This document shows positions 17,914 through 25,864 of a DNA stretch of 45,083 nucleotides, piece by piece (positions within the stretch are counted from its first letter, which is position 1; each line of letters begins with the position of its first letter). The notes beneath the pieces are model-generated. The model was not told where the DNA came from. It made no database searches and worked only from the letters and a program-made list of their open reading frames with translations. The position numbers were made by a program, and so were the translations under genes. The DNA is from SAR86 cluster bacterium (GTDB taxonomy: Bacteria > Pseudomonadota > Gammaproteobacteria > Magnimaribacterales > TMED112). The stretch covers positions 1 to 45,083 of the forward strand of contig SHBL01000002.1 in assembly GCA_004321845.1 (NCBI GenBank), in the 5' to 3' direction.

Positions 17914-18315
17914 CTAAATCATTATCTCTGAGAGAGGGCTTTTAATATAATCGTATTTTTCTATGTCAGGGTCTGGTAATTTATAGCCCTCGATAATACC
18001 AACAAAGTCATTCCAATGAATAATATCTAAATCTAGAGTTCTTGATGTGAATTTATTATCCGGGTCTCTTTTTCTACCACACAGTGCTTCCATATTTTTA
18101 AGAACACTGATTGTTTCCTTGAAATCCAATTTAGTATTGCATCGGAGTGCTTGGTTTAAAAAGTCATCGCCTTCCATGCCAACAGCTTTTGATAAAAACT
18201 CGCTACTAACTGCTTCCAATGAAATTTCGGCTGATTCGTTTATAAGGTCTAGTCCTTTTTTTACATTCTCATGAGGATTAATATTGGAGCCAATAAGAAT
18301 ATAAAACCTATTCAT
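17914..18315 (-). CDS. folK: 2-amino-4-hydroxy-6-hydroxymethyldihydropteridine pyrophosphokinase
   Basis: MNRFYILIGSNI start and RTLDLDIIHW motif. I prefer the internal Met at 18315 to the ORF-track start at 18336. Overlaps the folB stop. Confidence 0.8.
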   Translation of the reverse strand: MNRFYILIGSNINPHENVKKGLDLINESAEISLEAVSSEFLSKAVGMEGDDFLNQALRCNTKLDFKETISVLKNMEALCGRKRDPDNKFTSRTLDLDIIHWNDFVGIIEGYKLPDPDIEKYDYIKSPLSEIMI

Positions 18316-18679
18316 AATCTGTTGCTGAACGTTCAATTATGACTCCAACATCTTTTGAAAATCTGAGGGCGCCAGGCTTTGAAACTCTAAGCTTTATCCA
18401 ATTAACATCAAAATCTTTGATTACCATTTCAGCAATTTTTTCAGCGAAAGTCTCAACCAACTCAAATTTATTTTCCTCAATGAATGAGATGATTTTTTTT
18501 GTAATTGTCTTGTAGTCAGTAGTAGCATCAATTTTATCTTCTTTAGATGCTGATAAATTATCGTGGTCTATTTCATAAGAAAGGCTAATTTCCTGTTTAA
18601 TCTTTTTTTCCCAATCAAATATCCCAATAGTTCCTTTTACTCTGAGATCCTCAACGTATATTCTGTCTTTTTTAATCAT
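18308..18679 (-). CDS. folB: Dihydroneopterin aldolase
   Basis: 123 aa with N-terminal IYVEDLRVKGTIGIFDWEK (FolB pattern). Located upstream of folK and downstream of tsaD. Confidence 0.8.
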   Translation of the reverse strand: MIKKDRIYVEDLRVKGTIGIFDWEKKIKQEISLSYEIDHDNLSASKEDKIDATTDYKTITKKIISFIEENKFELVETFAEKIAEMVIKDFDVNWIKLRVSKPGALRFSKDVGVIIERSATDYE

Positions 18680-19676
18680 ATAGCTCTCCTAAAGGCCATC
18701 TTGGTCTTGCAAAATTAGTTGGATAAATTGGTAGTTTAAATTTTTTTCTAATGAAACCAGCATATGCAATCATTGCAGCATTATCAGTACAAAATTCCAT
18801 TCTTGGATAACTCACTTCTAGGTTATTGTTTGCTGCCATTTGTTTTAATCTCTCTCTTAATAGTTTATTAGAAGCTACGCCTCCTGAGCAAACAAGTTTA
18901 TGAATTTTTGTATCTTGAACAGCCCACATAAGTTTTGTTGTTAGAGCATCAATGACAGCTTCTTGGAAAGATGCTGCAACATCAGCATGATCTTCCTCAT
19001 TTAAATCTTCTAGTGCATACAAGACAGAAGTTTTGAGGCCGCTAAAACTAAAATTTAGATTTTTATCTTTCATCATTGCCCTTGGAAATTTAAAACGTTT
19101 GCTGTCACCATTTTCAGCAAGCTTTGAAACTTTTGGCCCACCTGGGTACTCAAGCTTAAGAAGCTTCCCCACTTTATCAAACGCTTCACCGCAAGCATCA
19201 TCGATTGTTTCACCAATAATCTTGTACTCACCATAGCCATCACATCTAATTATTTGCGTATGGCCGCCAGAAACAAGCAAGCATAAATAAGGTGGTTCAA
19301 GGCCATCTTCTTCTAAGCCCGGAGCTAATATGTGTCCTTCTAGATGGTTGATAGGTAGTAGCTCTATATTTAAGACATTAGCTATTGTTTTTGCTACTGT
19401 TTCTCCAATCATTAAAGAACCAATTAAACCAGGACCTGCTGTATATGCTATAAGATTGATATCTTCCAGATTGTGATCTGTTTGTTTCAAAAGCTGTTTT
19501 AATATACCGATAATTTTTGCACTATGATCTCTCGCAGCAATTTCTGGTATCACACCACCGTATTCTGTGAATAAATCTATTTGTGAATTTACTAAGTGTG
19601 CAATAAGCCCAAGGTCTTCTGAATAAAGGGCTAAGCCGGTTTCATCGCAAGAACTTTCTATTCCTAAAATTAACAT
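18672..19676 (-). CDS. tsaD: tRNA N6-adenosine threonylcarbamoyltransferase TsaD
   Basis: MLILGIESSCDETG N-terminus, LEGH and SGGHT motifs. Divergent from rpsU as in most Proteobacteria. Start taken at the internal Met (19676), not 19712. Confidence 0.95.
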   Translation of the reverse strand: MLILGIESSCDETGLALYSEDLGLIAHLVNSQIDLFTEYGGVIPEIAARDHSAKIIGILKQLLKQTDHNLEDINLIAYTAGPGLIGSLMIGETVAKTIANVLNIELLPINHLEGHILAPGLEEDGLEPPYLCLLVSGGHTQIIRCDGYGEYKIIGETIDDACGEAFDKVGKLLKLEYPGGPKVSKLAENGDSKRFKFPRAMMKDKNLNFSFSGLKTSVLYALEDLNEEDHADVAASFQEAVIDALTTKLMWAVQDTKIHKLVCSGGVASNKLLRERLKQMAANNNLEVSYPRMEFCTDNAAMIAYAGFIRKKFKLPIYPTNFARPRWPLGELYD

Positions 19677-19718
19677 TGTTGATTCTTTTATATTTATCCT
19701 TAAAATACACACTACATT

Positions 19719-19928
19719 ATGCCAAGTATAAAAATTAAAGAAACTGAATCCTTTGATGTAGGTTTAAGAAAATTTAGACGCGCTTGCGAAAGAGCAGGTG
19801 TTGTTACAGAAGTACGTAAGAGAGAATTTTTTGAAAAACCGACAGAAGAGAGAAAAAGAAAAGCTGCTGCTGCAGTAAAAAGAAACTACAAGAGAGTCAT
19901 GAAAGACTCTTTCTCAAAACTTAAGTAA
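19719..19928 (+). CDS. rpsU: 30S ribosomal protein S21
   Basis: [28 protein letters not shown]...; 69 aa, basic. Confidence 0.95.
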   Translation: MPSIKIKETESFDVGLRKFRRACERAGVVTEVRKREFFEKPTEERKRKAAAAVKRNYKRVMKDSFSKLK

Positions 19929-19929
19929 G

Positions 19930-20373
19930 TTGTCTTCTTTAAGAGATCAAATCAATTCTGAATTAAAGCAAGCTATGCTTGATAAAAATGTATTTGTTCG
20001 AGATACGTTAAGACTTGTCACATCTGAAATCAAAAGATTTGAAGTTGATACTAGGCAGGAACCTTCTGATGATGAGATCATCTCTATTCTTAAAAGAATG
20101 GCTAAACAAAGAAAAGATTCTATCAATCAATTTAAAGAAGGCGGAAGACCAGATCTTGAAGAGATTGAACAAAATGAACTTAATTTACTAGATAAATACT
20201 TACCCCAGGCACTAAATGGTGAGGCTCTTAAAACAGTACTAGAAGAAATTATCTTAAACAATAACTTTAGCGGTATGCAAGATATGGGCAATGCTATGAA
20301 AGAACTTAGGTCAAAACATCCAAATGCTGAAATGTCAGAAGCTAGCTCTATAGTAAAAACTTTACTCTCTTGA
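19930..20373 (+). CDS. yqeY: GatB/YqeY domain protein
   Basis: 147 aa; LKQAMLDKN...LRLVTSEIK...YLP pattern of YqeY. TTG start 2 nt after the rpsU stop. Confidence 0.8.
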   Translation: MSSLRDQINSELKQAMLDKNVFVRDTLRLVTSEIKRFEVDTRQEPSDDEIISILKRMAKQRKDSINQFKEGGRPDLEEIEQNELNLLDKYLPQALNGEALKTVLEEIILNNNFSGMQDMGNAMKELRSKHPNAEMSEASSIVKTLLS

Positions 20374-21621
20374 TCTATAAGAATTAGGCTTATCTAGCTC
20401 TTTTGTATAGCGATCCGTTAACTCTTTATATCGATTAGAAAGGTCTTGCTTTTCACCATCAATCATTACCATTTCAACTGATGACATAAGCTCTAGTGGA
20501 TCATTATCCCAAACCACTAAGTCGGCGTCATACCCTGGCAGAATATAGCCAACATTAATCAAACCAAAAATATCTGCAGGGTTTGATGTAATAGAACTAA
20601 TAGCTTCATTGTAATCAAGTCCCATTGCAACGGAATTACCCGCTGACTGAGTTGCTAAATAAGCATTATGTGCTCCTGCTCCTTGCTCATAATAAAAAGC
20701 CATTACAACTCCTGCATCATTAAGTCTTGTGACATTCTCATATGTAGCATTAAGCGAATCAAATGTACTTGGGATATTGTTTAAGGGATCGAGAATTACC
20801 GGCACTCCTGCCTGTGCAATTTCATTTGCTACCATATGTCCTTCATTTGCTTCCCACAGAATTAAATCTACCTCTTGTGCTTCAGCAAACTTAATAACAT
20901 TCAATATGTCAGTAGCTTTATTCACTTTAACCACTAATGGCATCTCATTATCAAGTACTTTTTTTATGGCTTTAAAGTCTCTGCTTGTAAATTTATATTC
21001 ATTCGTTGTGCCCAACATGAATTGAGTCATATCAGCATAATTATCATCATGGTTTGTTCTTACATAACTAAAAAGATCTTCCATATACATTAAGTTTGCT
21101 GCTCTTGAATCGTTGTATGACTGGCCATAGCTTGTAACAAGACCTAGAGGACCTTGCTTTTTCTGTTTCATGCCGCCATTAATTTTTGTATATGTAAGCA
21201 TGCCAGAAAAATAGCCAGAGGCTCCTGGAATATTTACTGTTGAAGTTACTCCCTTAGATCTATTTAACCTTACTGCCTGAGAAAAAGGGTTGTACGCTCT
21301 GCTAGGATCAAAACCAGCATTATAAATATCTGATCCAGTATCATTGGTCTCAGGCAATGCCCCAATCTCGAGAAGCCCAAGGCTTGAGAAAACTAATAAT
21401 CCTGGGGTAATAAACTTACCCTGCACATCAATAACATCTCCAGTTTCAATATTCTCAATAAAGTCATCAACCAAGATAATTTTTCCATCGTCAACCAAGA
21501 TATCTTTTGCAACAAACCCTTCATCAGCAATAAATACTTTTGCACCCTTAAGTAGATACAAGTCATCTCCATCTGCTAGGACTAAAAATGGTAAGAGCAA
21601 TAATAATCGTAAAATTTTCAT
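20362..21621 (-). CDS. Secreted amidohydrolase-superfamily paralog lacking the HxH metal motif
   Basis: Signal peptide MKILRLLLLLPFLVLA. Aligns by eye to the upstream paralog (GKFITPG.., GYDADLVVWDNDPL), but the HxH position reads VFSSL. TAATG junction with the upstream gene if the start is 21621. Confidence 0.7.
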   Translation of the reverse strand: MKILRLLLLLPFLVLADGDDLYLLKGAKVFIADEGFVAKDILVDDGKIILVDDFIENIETGDVIDVQGKFITPGLLVFSSLGLLEIGALPETNDTGSDIYNAGFDPSRAYNPFSQAVRLNRSKGVTSTVNIPGASGYFSGMLTYTKINGGMKQKKQGPLGLVTSYGQSYNDSRAANLMYMEDLFSYVRTNHDDNYADMTQFMLGTTNEYKFTSRDFKAIKKVLDNEMPLVVKVNKATDILNVIKFAEAQEVDLILWEANEGHMVANEIAQAGVPVILDPLNNIPSTFDSLNATYENVTRLNDAGVVMAFYYEQGAGAHNAYLATQSAGNSVAMGLDYNEAISSITSNPADIFGLINVGYILPGYDADLVVWDNDPLELMSSVEMVMIDGEKQDLSNRYKELTDRYTKELDKPNSYRSRE

Positions 21622-23003
21622 TATTTGCCCTCCCACTCTTTCACACCAAGATCAAAATCAGTATGAGGCATAAAATTTGTAGCCTTATCAAATGCTAAAG
21701 CTCCATCAATATAAACTTGTTCTGCCTTTGAATAGACACTAAATGGGTTGCCACTCCAAATTACGATGTCGGCATCTTTACCATTCTCTAATGTTCCTGT
21801 TTTCTCCAGAATACCCAAAGACTTGGCAGGATTCTTTGTAATCCATGTCATTGCTCTCTGTTCTGAAATGTCAAAACCTGCTTCTCTGCCTGCAGCAAGA
21901 GCTTTTGCAGCCTCTTGATTCAGTCTTTGGATACCACTTGCACTATCAGAATGAACAATTGCACAACCTGTTCCTCCTCGAGCTTGATCTACGATAGCTA
22001 TATTAGCAATAGTCATATCATATGCTTCATGTTTAAAGCCCCACCAATCTGCCCATAGAGCTGCACAAATTCCTTCATCTGCAAGAAGATTTGCTATTTT
22101 ATAAGCTTCAACTCCATGATGGAAAGTAGAGACTTTATATCCGAACTCTTGGCTGATATTTATCATCGTAGCCATTTCATCAGCTCTATAGCAGTGATTG
22201 TGCACTAAGATTTCTCCATCTAATACACCAACTAGTGTTTCATTCTTAATATCTCTATGGCTTGGGTCTTTTTCAAGACGATCTCTATGATTCTCTGCTC
22301 CTATCCATGCATTTCTATAACCAGCAACATTTCCCATTCTTGTTGAAGGTCCTCTTGAGCTATAAACTCTTTTTGGATTTTCCCCACATGCCATTTTTAA
22401 TGAATGTGGAACATCTGGAAATTTCATATCTGGAACTGTATTTCCAGAAACATTTTTTAAAGTTACTCCTCTGCCTCCAAAAAGATTTGCTGATCCAGGC
22501 AGAACGTGAAAAGTAGTTATTCCACCTGCTAAAGCAAGCTTGTATTGTGGGTCTTGCGACCAAACACTATGTTCAGCCCAAACCTCAGCTGTATTTGGGC
22601 TAGTAGCTTCATTACCATCACTACTTGTTCGTACACCAGGTGCAGGATAAACACCCATGTGAGAATGATTATCTATGATCCCTGGAGTTACATATTTTCC
22701 AGTGCCATCTATTTCTTTTGCGCTTTCAACAACTAAATCTCTTCCCATTGCTGAAATTTTTCCATCTGAAAAGTAAATATCATAATTTATGAATTTATTT
22801 CCATCACCATCAAAGACCGTTGCATTTCTTATAACAGTATTTTCTGAAGGCAAAGGAACATATGTAGAGGCATAAGTGCCGTGGGTATCGTTTTCGTAAT
22901 TAGTTACAGAACCTTCTGCTTCACCCACAAAAAGTGTGGATGTTTGTTCTGTGCAACCAAAAAGTATGAGGGCCGTAAATATGGCCAATAATTTCTTTAT
23001 CAT
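21621..23003 (-). CDS. Lipoprotein amidohydrolase (COG1228-like, dipeptidase/imidazolonepropionase-related)
   Basis: Lipobox ILFGC. Canonical GIIDNHSHMG (HxH), later FHHG, VHSD and GKDADIVIW motifs of the amidohydrolase superfamily. Confidence 0.8.
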   Translation of the reverse strand: MIKKLLAIFTALILFGCTEQTSTLFVGEAEGSVTNYENDTHGTYASTYVPLPSENTVIRNATVFDGDGNKFINYDIYFSDGKISAMGRDLVVESAKEIDGTGKYVTPGIIDNHSHMGVYPAPGVRTSSDGNEATSPNTAEVWAEHSVWSQDPQYKLALAGGITTFHVLPGSANLFGGRGVTLKNVSGNTVPDMKFPDVPHSLKMACGENPKRVYSSRGPSTRMGNVAGYRNAWIGAENHRDRLEKDPSHRDIKNETLVGVLDGEILVHNHCYRADEMATMINISQEFGYKVSTFHHGVEAYKIANLLADEGICAALWADWWGFKHEAYDMTIANIAIVDQARGGTGCAIVHSDSASGIQRLNQEAAKALAAGREAGFDISEQRAMTWITKNPAKSLGILEKTGTLENGKDADIVIWSGNPFSVYSKAEQVYIDGALAFDKATNFMPHTDFDLGVKEWEGK

Positions 23004-23047
23004 CTATTTAATCCTTGACTGTATAATAGTAAACAACAAATTCAGCT

Positions 23048-23755
23048 ATGCAAAGATTAGATAACCGTAAAAACGACCAATTGAGAGAAGTGAGCATAAT
23101 CCCAGATTTCAATATACATGCTGAAGGCTCTGCTCTAATTAAATTTGGCAATACACATGTTATTTGTAATGCCAGCATTGATAAAGCAGTACCCAGATGG
23201 ATGCAAGATAAAAAAACGGGCTGGATTACTGCTGAATATGGAATGCTGCCAAGGTCTACTAATGAAAGAATGAATCGTGAAGCCCAAAGAGGAAAACAAT
23301 CTGGCAGAACAATGGAAATACAAAGACTCATTGGCAGGTCACTAAGACAAGTTGTCGATCTAAATAAACTAACTGGATACACCATAACAATAGATTGCGA
23401 TGTCATACAGGCTGATGGGGGCACAAGAACTGCATCAATAACAGGAGGCACAATTGCACTTTGTAAGGCTTTGCAGAAAATAGGCAAAGCAGATGCGATT
23501 AATAATTTAGTAGCTGCAGTTAGTGTTGGAATATTTAAAGATGAGCTGATACTAGATCTTAACTATCAAGAAGATAGTAATGCTCAATGTGATGTAAATA
23601 TTGTTATGAATGACAATATGGACTTTATCGAAGTACAAGGAACTGGAGAAGAAACAGCCTTCAGCAAAGAGCAATTCAATGGTCTGATGGAGATAGCTGA
23701 ACAAGGCATATCTGATTTATTTAAACTACAAAACCAAATCATCAATCATAAGTGA
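23048..23755 (+). CDS. rph: Ribonuclease PH
   Basis: 235 aa; RKNDQLREVSI..HAEGSALIKFGNTHVICNAS and GRTMEIQRLIGRSLR motifs. Followed by pyrE as in E. coli. Confidence 0.95.
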   Translation: MQRLDNRKNDQLREVSIIPDFNIHAEGSALIKFGNTHVICNASIDKAVPRWMQDKKTGWITAEYGMLPRSTNERMNREAQRGKQSGRTMEIQRLIGRSLRQVVDLNKLTGYTITIDCDVIQADGGTRTASITGGTIALCKALQKIGKADAINNLVAAVSVGIFKDELILDLNYQEDSNAQCDVNIVMNDNMDFIEVQGTGEETAFSKEQFNGLMEIAEQGISDLFKLQNQIINHK

Positions 23756-24390
23756 AAGACTATCAAAGAAAATTTTTAAAACTTGCTCTAGATTCCGGTG
23801 CTTTTAAACTAGGAAATTTTACACTTAAATCTGGCAGACAAAGCCCATATTTTTTTAATGCATCTGCACTTATTGAGCATGGATCTCTAGATGAATTAGC
23901 AGAGATATTAGTTAATAAGATAGAAGACTCTGGCTTAAAGTTTGATATGATTTTTGGCCCAGCATATAAGGGGATCTTCTTAGGGTCAATTCTTGCTACT
24001 AAAATGAGTAAAGAAATGAATATGCCTGTTTGTTTTAACAGAAAGGAAGTTAAAGATCATGGTGAAGGTGGTTCGCTTATCGGTGCAAAGCCAAAAGGAA
24101 AAGTTCTGGTCGTTGATGATGTAATTTCTTCAGGGTTAGCAATTAGAGAGAGTTTAGATTTTCTAAAACCATTTGATATAGAGCTTGTAGGAGCATTGGT
24201 GACTCTTGATAGACAAGAAATTGGGCAAAATTCTGATCTTAGTGCTTCAGCTGAACTTCAAAAAGATGGTTTGAATGTTTTTTCAGTTATATCTCTTGAT
24301 GATTTATTGGATGCTAATGAATTAATAGATAGTTCTTCAATCGAAGCTATCAGAGACTATAGGAATACATATCAGGGCAAAAATGTTTAG
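23752..24390 (+). CDS. pyrE: Orotate phosphoribosyltransferase
   Basis: YQRKFLKLALDSGAFKLGNFTLKSGRQSPYFFN and PRPP loop VLVVDDVISSG. GTG start overlapping the rph stop. Confidence 0.95.
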   Translation: MKDYQRKFLKLALDSGAFKLGNFTLKSGRQSPYFFNASALIEHGSLDELAEILVNKIEDSGLKFDMIFGPAYKGIFLGSILATKMSKEMNMPVCFNRKEVKDHGEGGSLIGAKPKGKVLVVDDVISSGLAIRESLDFLKPFDIELVGALVTLDRQEIGQNSDLSASAELQKDGLNVFSVISLDDLLDANELIDSSSIEAIRDYRNTYQGKNV

Positions 24391-24991
24391 TGGCATTGTT
24401 CAAGAAAAAGGATCTATAGCAAATCTGCAAAAGCAAAATGAAGTTCTTTCTATAGAGATAAGTTGTAGTGAAAATTTTGTAAAAGATATCTCAGTTGGTG
24501 ATAGTGTCTCTGTCGACGGTGTTTGTCTAACTGTTACCTCAAAATCCTCAAACTCTATTAATTTTGATGCAGTAAATGAAACACTTAATAGAACAATAAT
24601 TAATAATTATATTGTTGGCACAAAGATAAATTTAGAATCATCTTTAAAATTTGGTGGCTCTATAGGTGGTCACCTAATGTCAGGACATATTCATCAAACA
24701 GCAATAATAAAAGAAGTTCTCATAATCGGAGATACAAAAGATTTAGTAATTGAAGTTGATGCTGAATGGTCTAAATACCTATTTGAAAAAGGATACGTAG
24801 GTCTCAATGGCTGCAGCATTACTATTGGGCAAATTAATGAGAGAAGATTTAAAGTACATATAATTCCCGAAACGCTACGATCTACTAATTTAGATGACTT
24901 AGTTTTTGGGGATCAAGTAAATCTAGAGTTAGACCAGAACACAATAACAATTACTGATACTACTGAGAGATTATTACGCGATAAGGCTTAA
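24383..24991 (+). CDS. ribE: Riboflavin synthase (alpha chain)
   Basis: MFSGIVQEKG N-terminus, duplicated lumazine-binding repeats (GDSVSVDGVCLTV / GLNGCSITIG). Confidence 0.9.
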   Translation: MFSGIVQEKGSIANLQKQNEVLSIEISCSENFVKDISVGDSVSVDGVCLTVTSKSSNSINFDAVNETLNRTIINNYIVGTKINLESSLKFGGSIGGHLMSGHIHQTAIIKEVLIIGDTKDLVIEVDAEWSKYLFEKGYVGLNGCSITIGQINERRFKVHIIPETLRSTNLDDLVFGDQVNLELDQNTITITDTTERLLRDKA

Positions 24992-25864
24992 TAAAGCTGC
25001 TCTTAGGTAAAGGCCATTTTCAACCTGTCTAAGCACTAATGAATTATCACTATTTGCAACCTCATTGGTTATTTCTGCATTGATATTCATTGGTCCAGGA
25101 TGCATTATGAAACCATTAAAACCTGTCCTAGTTAAAAAATTATTATTAACTTGAAATTCATTAATAAAATCAGATTCATTAAGATTGTCTGTATTTTTAA
25201 ATCTTTCTTTTTGAATTCTTAAGATGAAAAGAATATCTCTTTCAGCTAGACAGTTTTCTGAAGTGCTTGAAAAAGATGGAGAAAATTTATTTGATATTAG
25301 AGAATCAGGTCCAAGATAATTTATATCAAGACAGGAATAAATTTTTAAAAGCTCTATCTGTGAAGGAATTACCCTTGAATGATTAACATCGCCAAGAATT
25401 GTAATTTTAAGATTATTTAAATTATGAAATTTTTCTTTCATTGTAAAAACATCAAGCATAGCCTGTGTTGGGTGAGCATAATTGCCATCTCCTGCATTGA
25501 TATAGAAGGTATTAGCTGGCAATAGTTCTTTAATTTTTGTTGAGATCTTATCTTCTGGATGCCTGATGACAAAACCATCAACTTTCATTGCAAGTAATGT
25601 TTTAATCGTGTCTTCAAATGACTCTCCTTTCTTAAGAGAGGAATGTTCAGGTGAAAAATCTAGAACATTGAATCCCAACATCTTAGCTGCATGCTCAAAA
25701 GAAAGTTTTGTTCTGGTGCTTGGCTCCCAAAATAATAAACATATCGTTTTGCCATTTCCAACTTTTTCTATCTTTGGCCAATTTGCACTAATTTCAGTCG
25801 TTAGTTCAAAAACTTGATCAATAAAATTTTTCTTTAAATCTGAAATTGCCGCTATCTTATTCAT
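24974..25864 (-). CDS. pyrB: Aspartate carbamoyltransferase catalytic chain
   Basis: STRT (EPSTRTKLSFE), HPTQ (AHPTQAMLD) and HPGP (MHPGPMN) motifs. 296 aa. ATGA-type overlap with the spoT stop. Confidence 0.9.
   Translation of the reverse strand: MNKIAAISDLKKNFIDQVFELTTEISANWPKIEKVGNGKTICLLFWEPSTRTKLSFEHAAKMLGFNVLDFSPEHSSLKKGESFEDTIKTLLAMKVDGFVIRHPEDKISTKIKELLPANTFYINAGDGNYAHPTQAMLDVFTMKEKFHNLNNLKITILGDVNHSRVIPSQIELLKIYSCLDINYLGPDSLISNKFSPSFSSTSENCLAERDILFILRIQKERFKNTDNLNESDFINEFQVNNNFLTRTGFNGFIMHPGPMNINAEITNEVANSDNSLVLRQVENGLYLRAALLSLIA

Noticed and set aside
22262-22736. Cluster of three short ORFs (both strands) inside the 460-aa amidohydrolase gene
   Set aside because: The host frame is continuous and carries all amidohydrolase motifs. 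The short ORFs have implausible composition and no RBS.
23008-23487. 159-aa minus-strand ORF overlapping the start of rph
   Set aside because: The plus-strand frame gives a full-length, motif-perfect RNase PH. The antisense product is hydrophobic low-complexity sequence with no recognisable domain.
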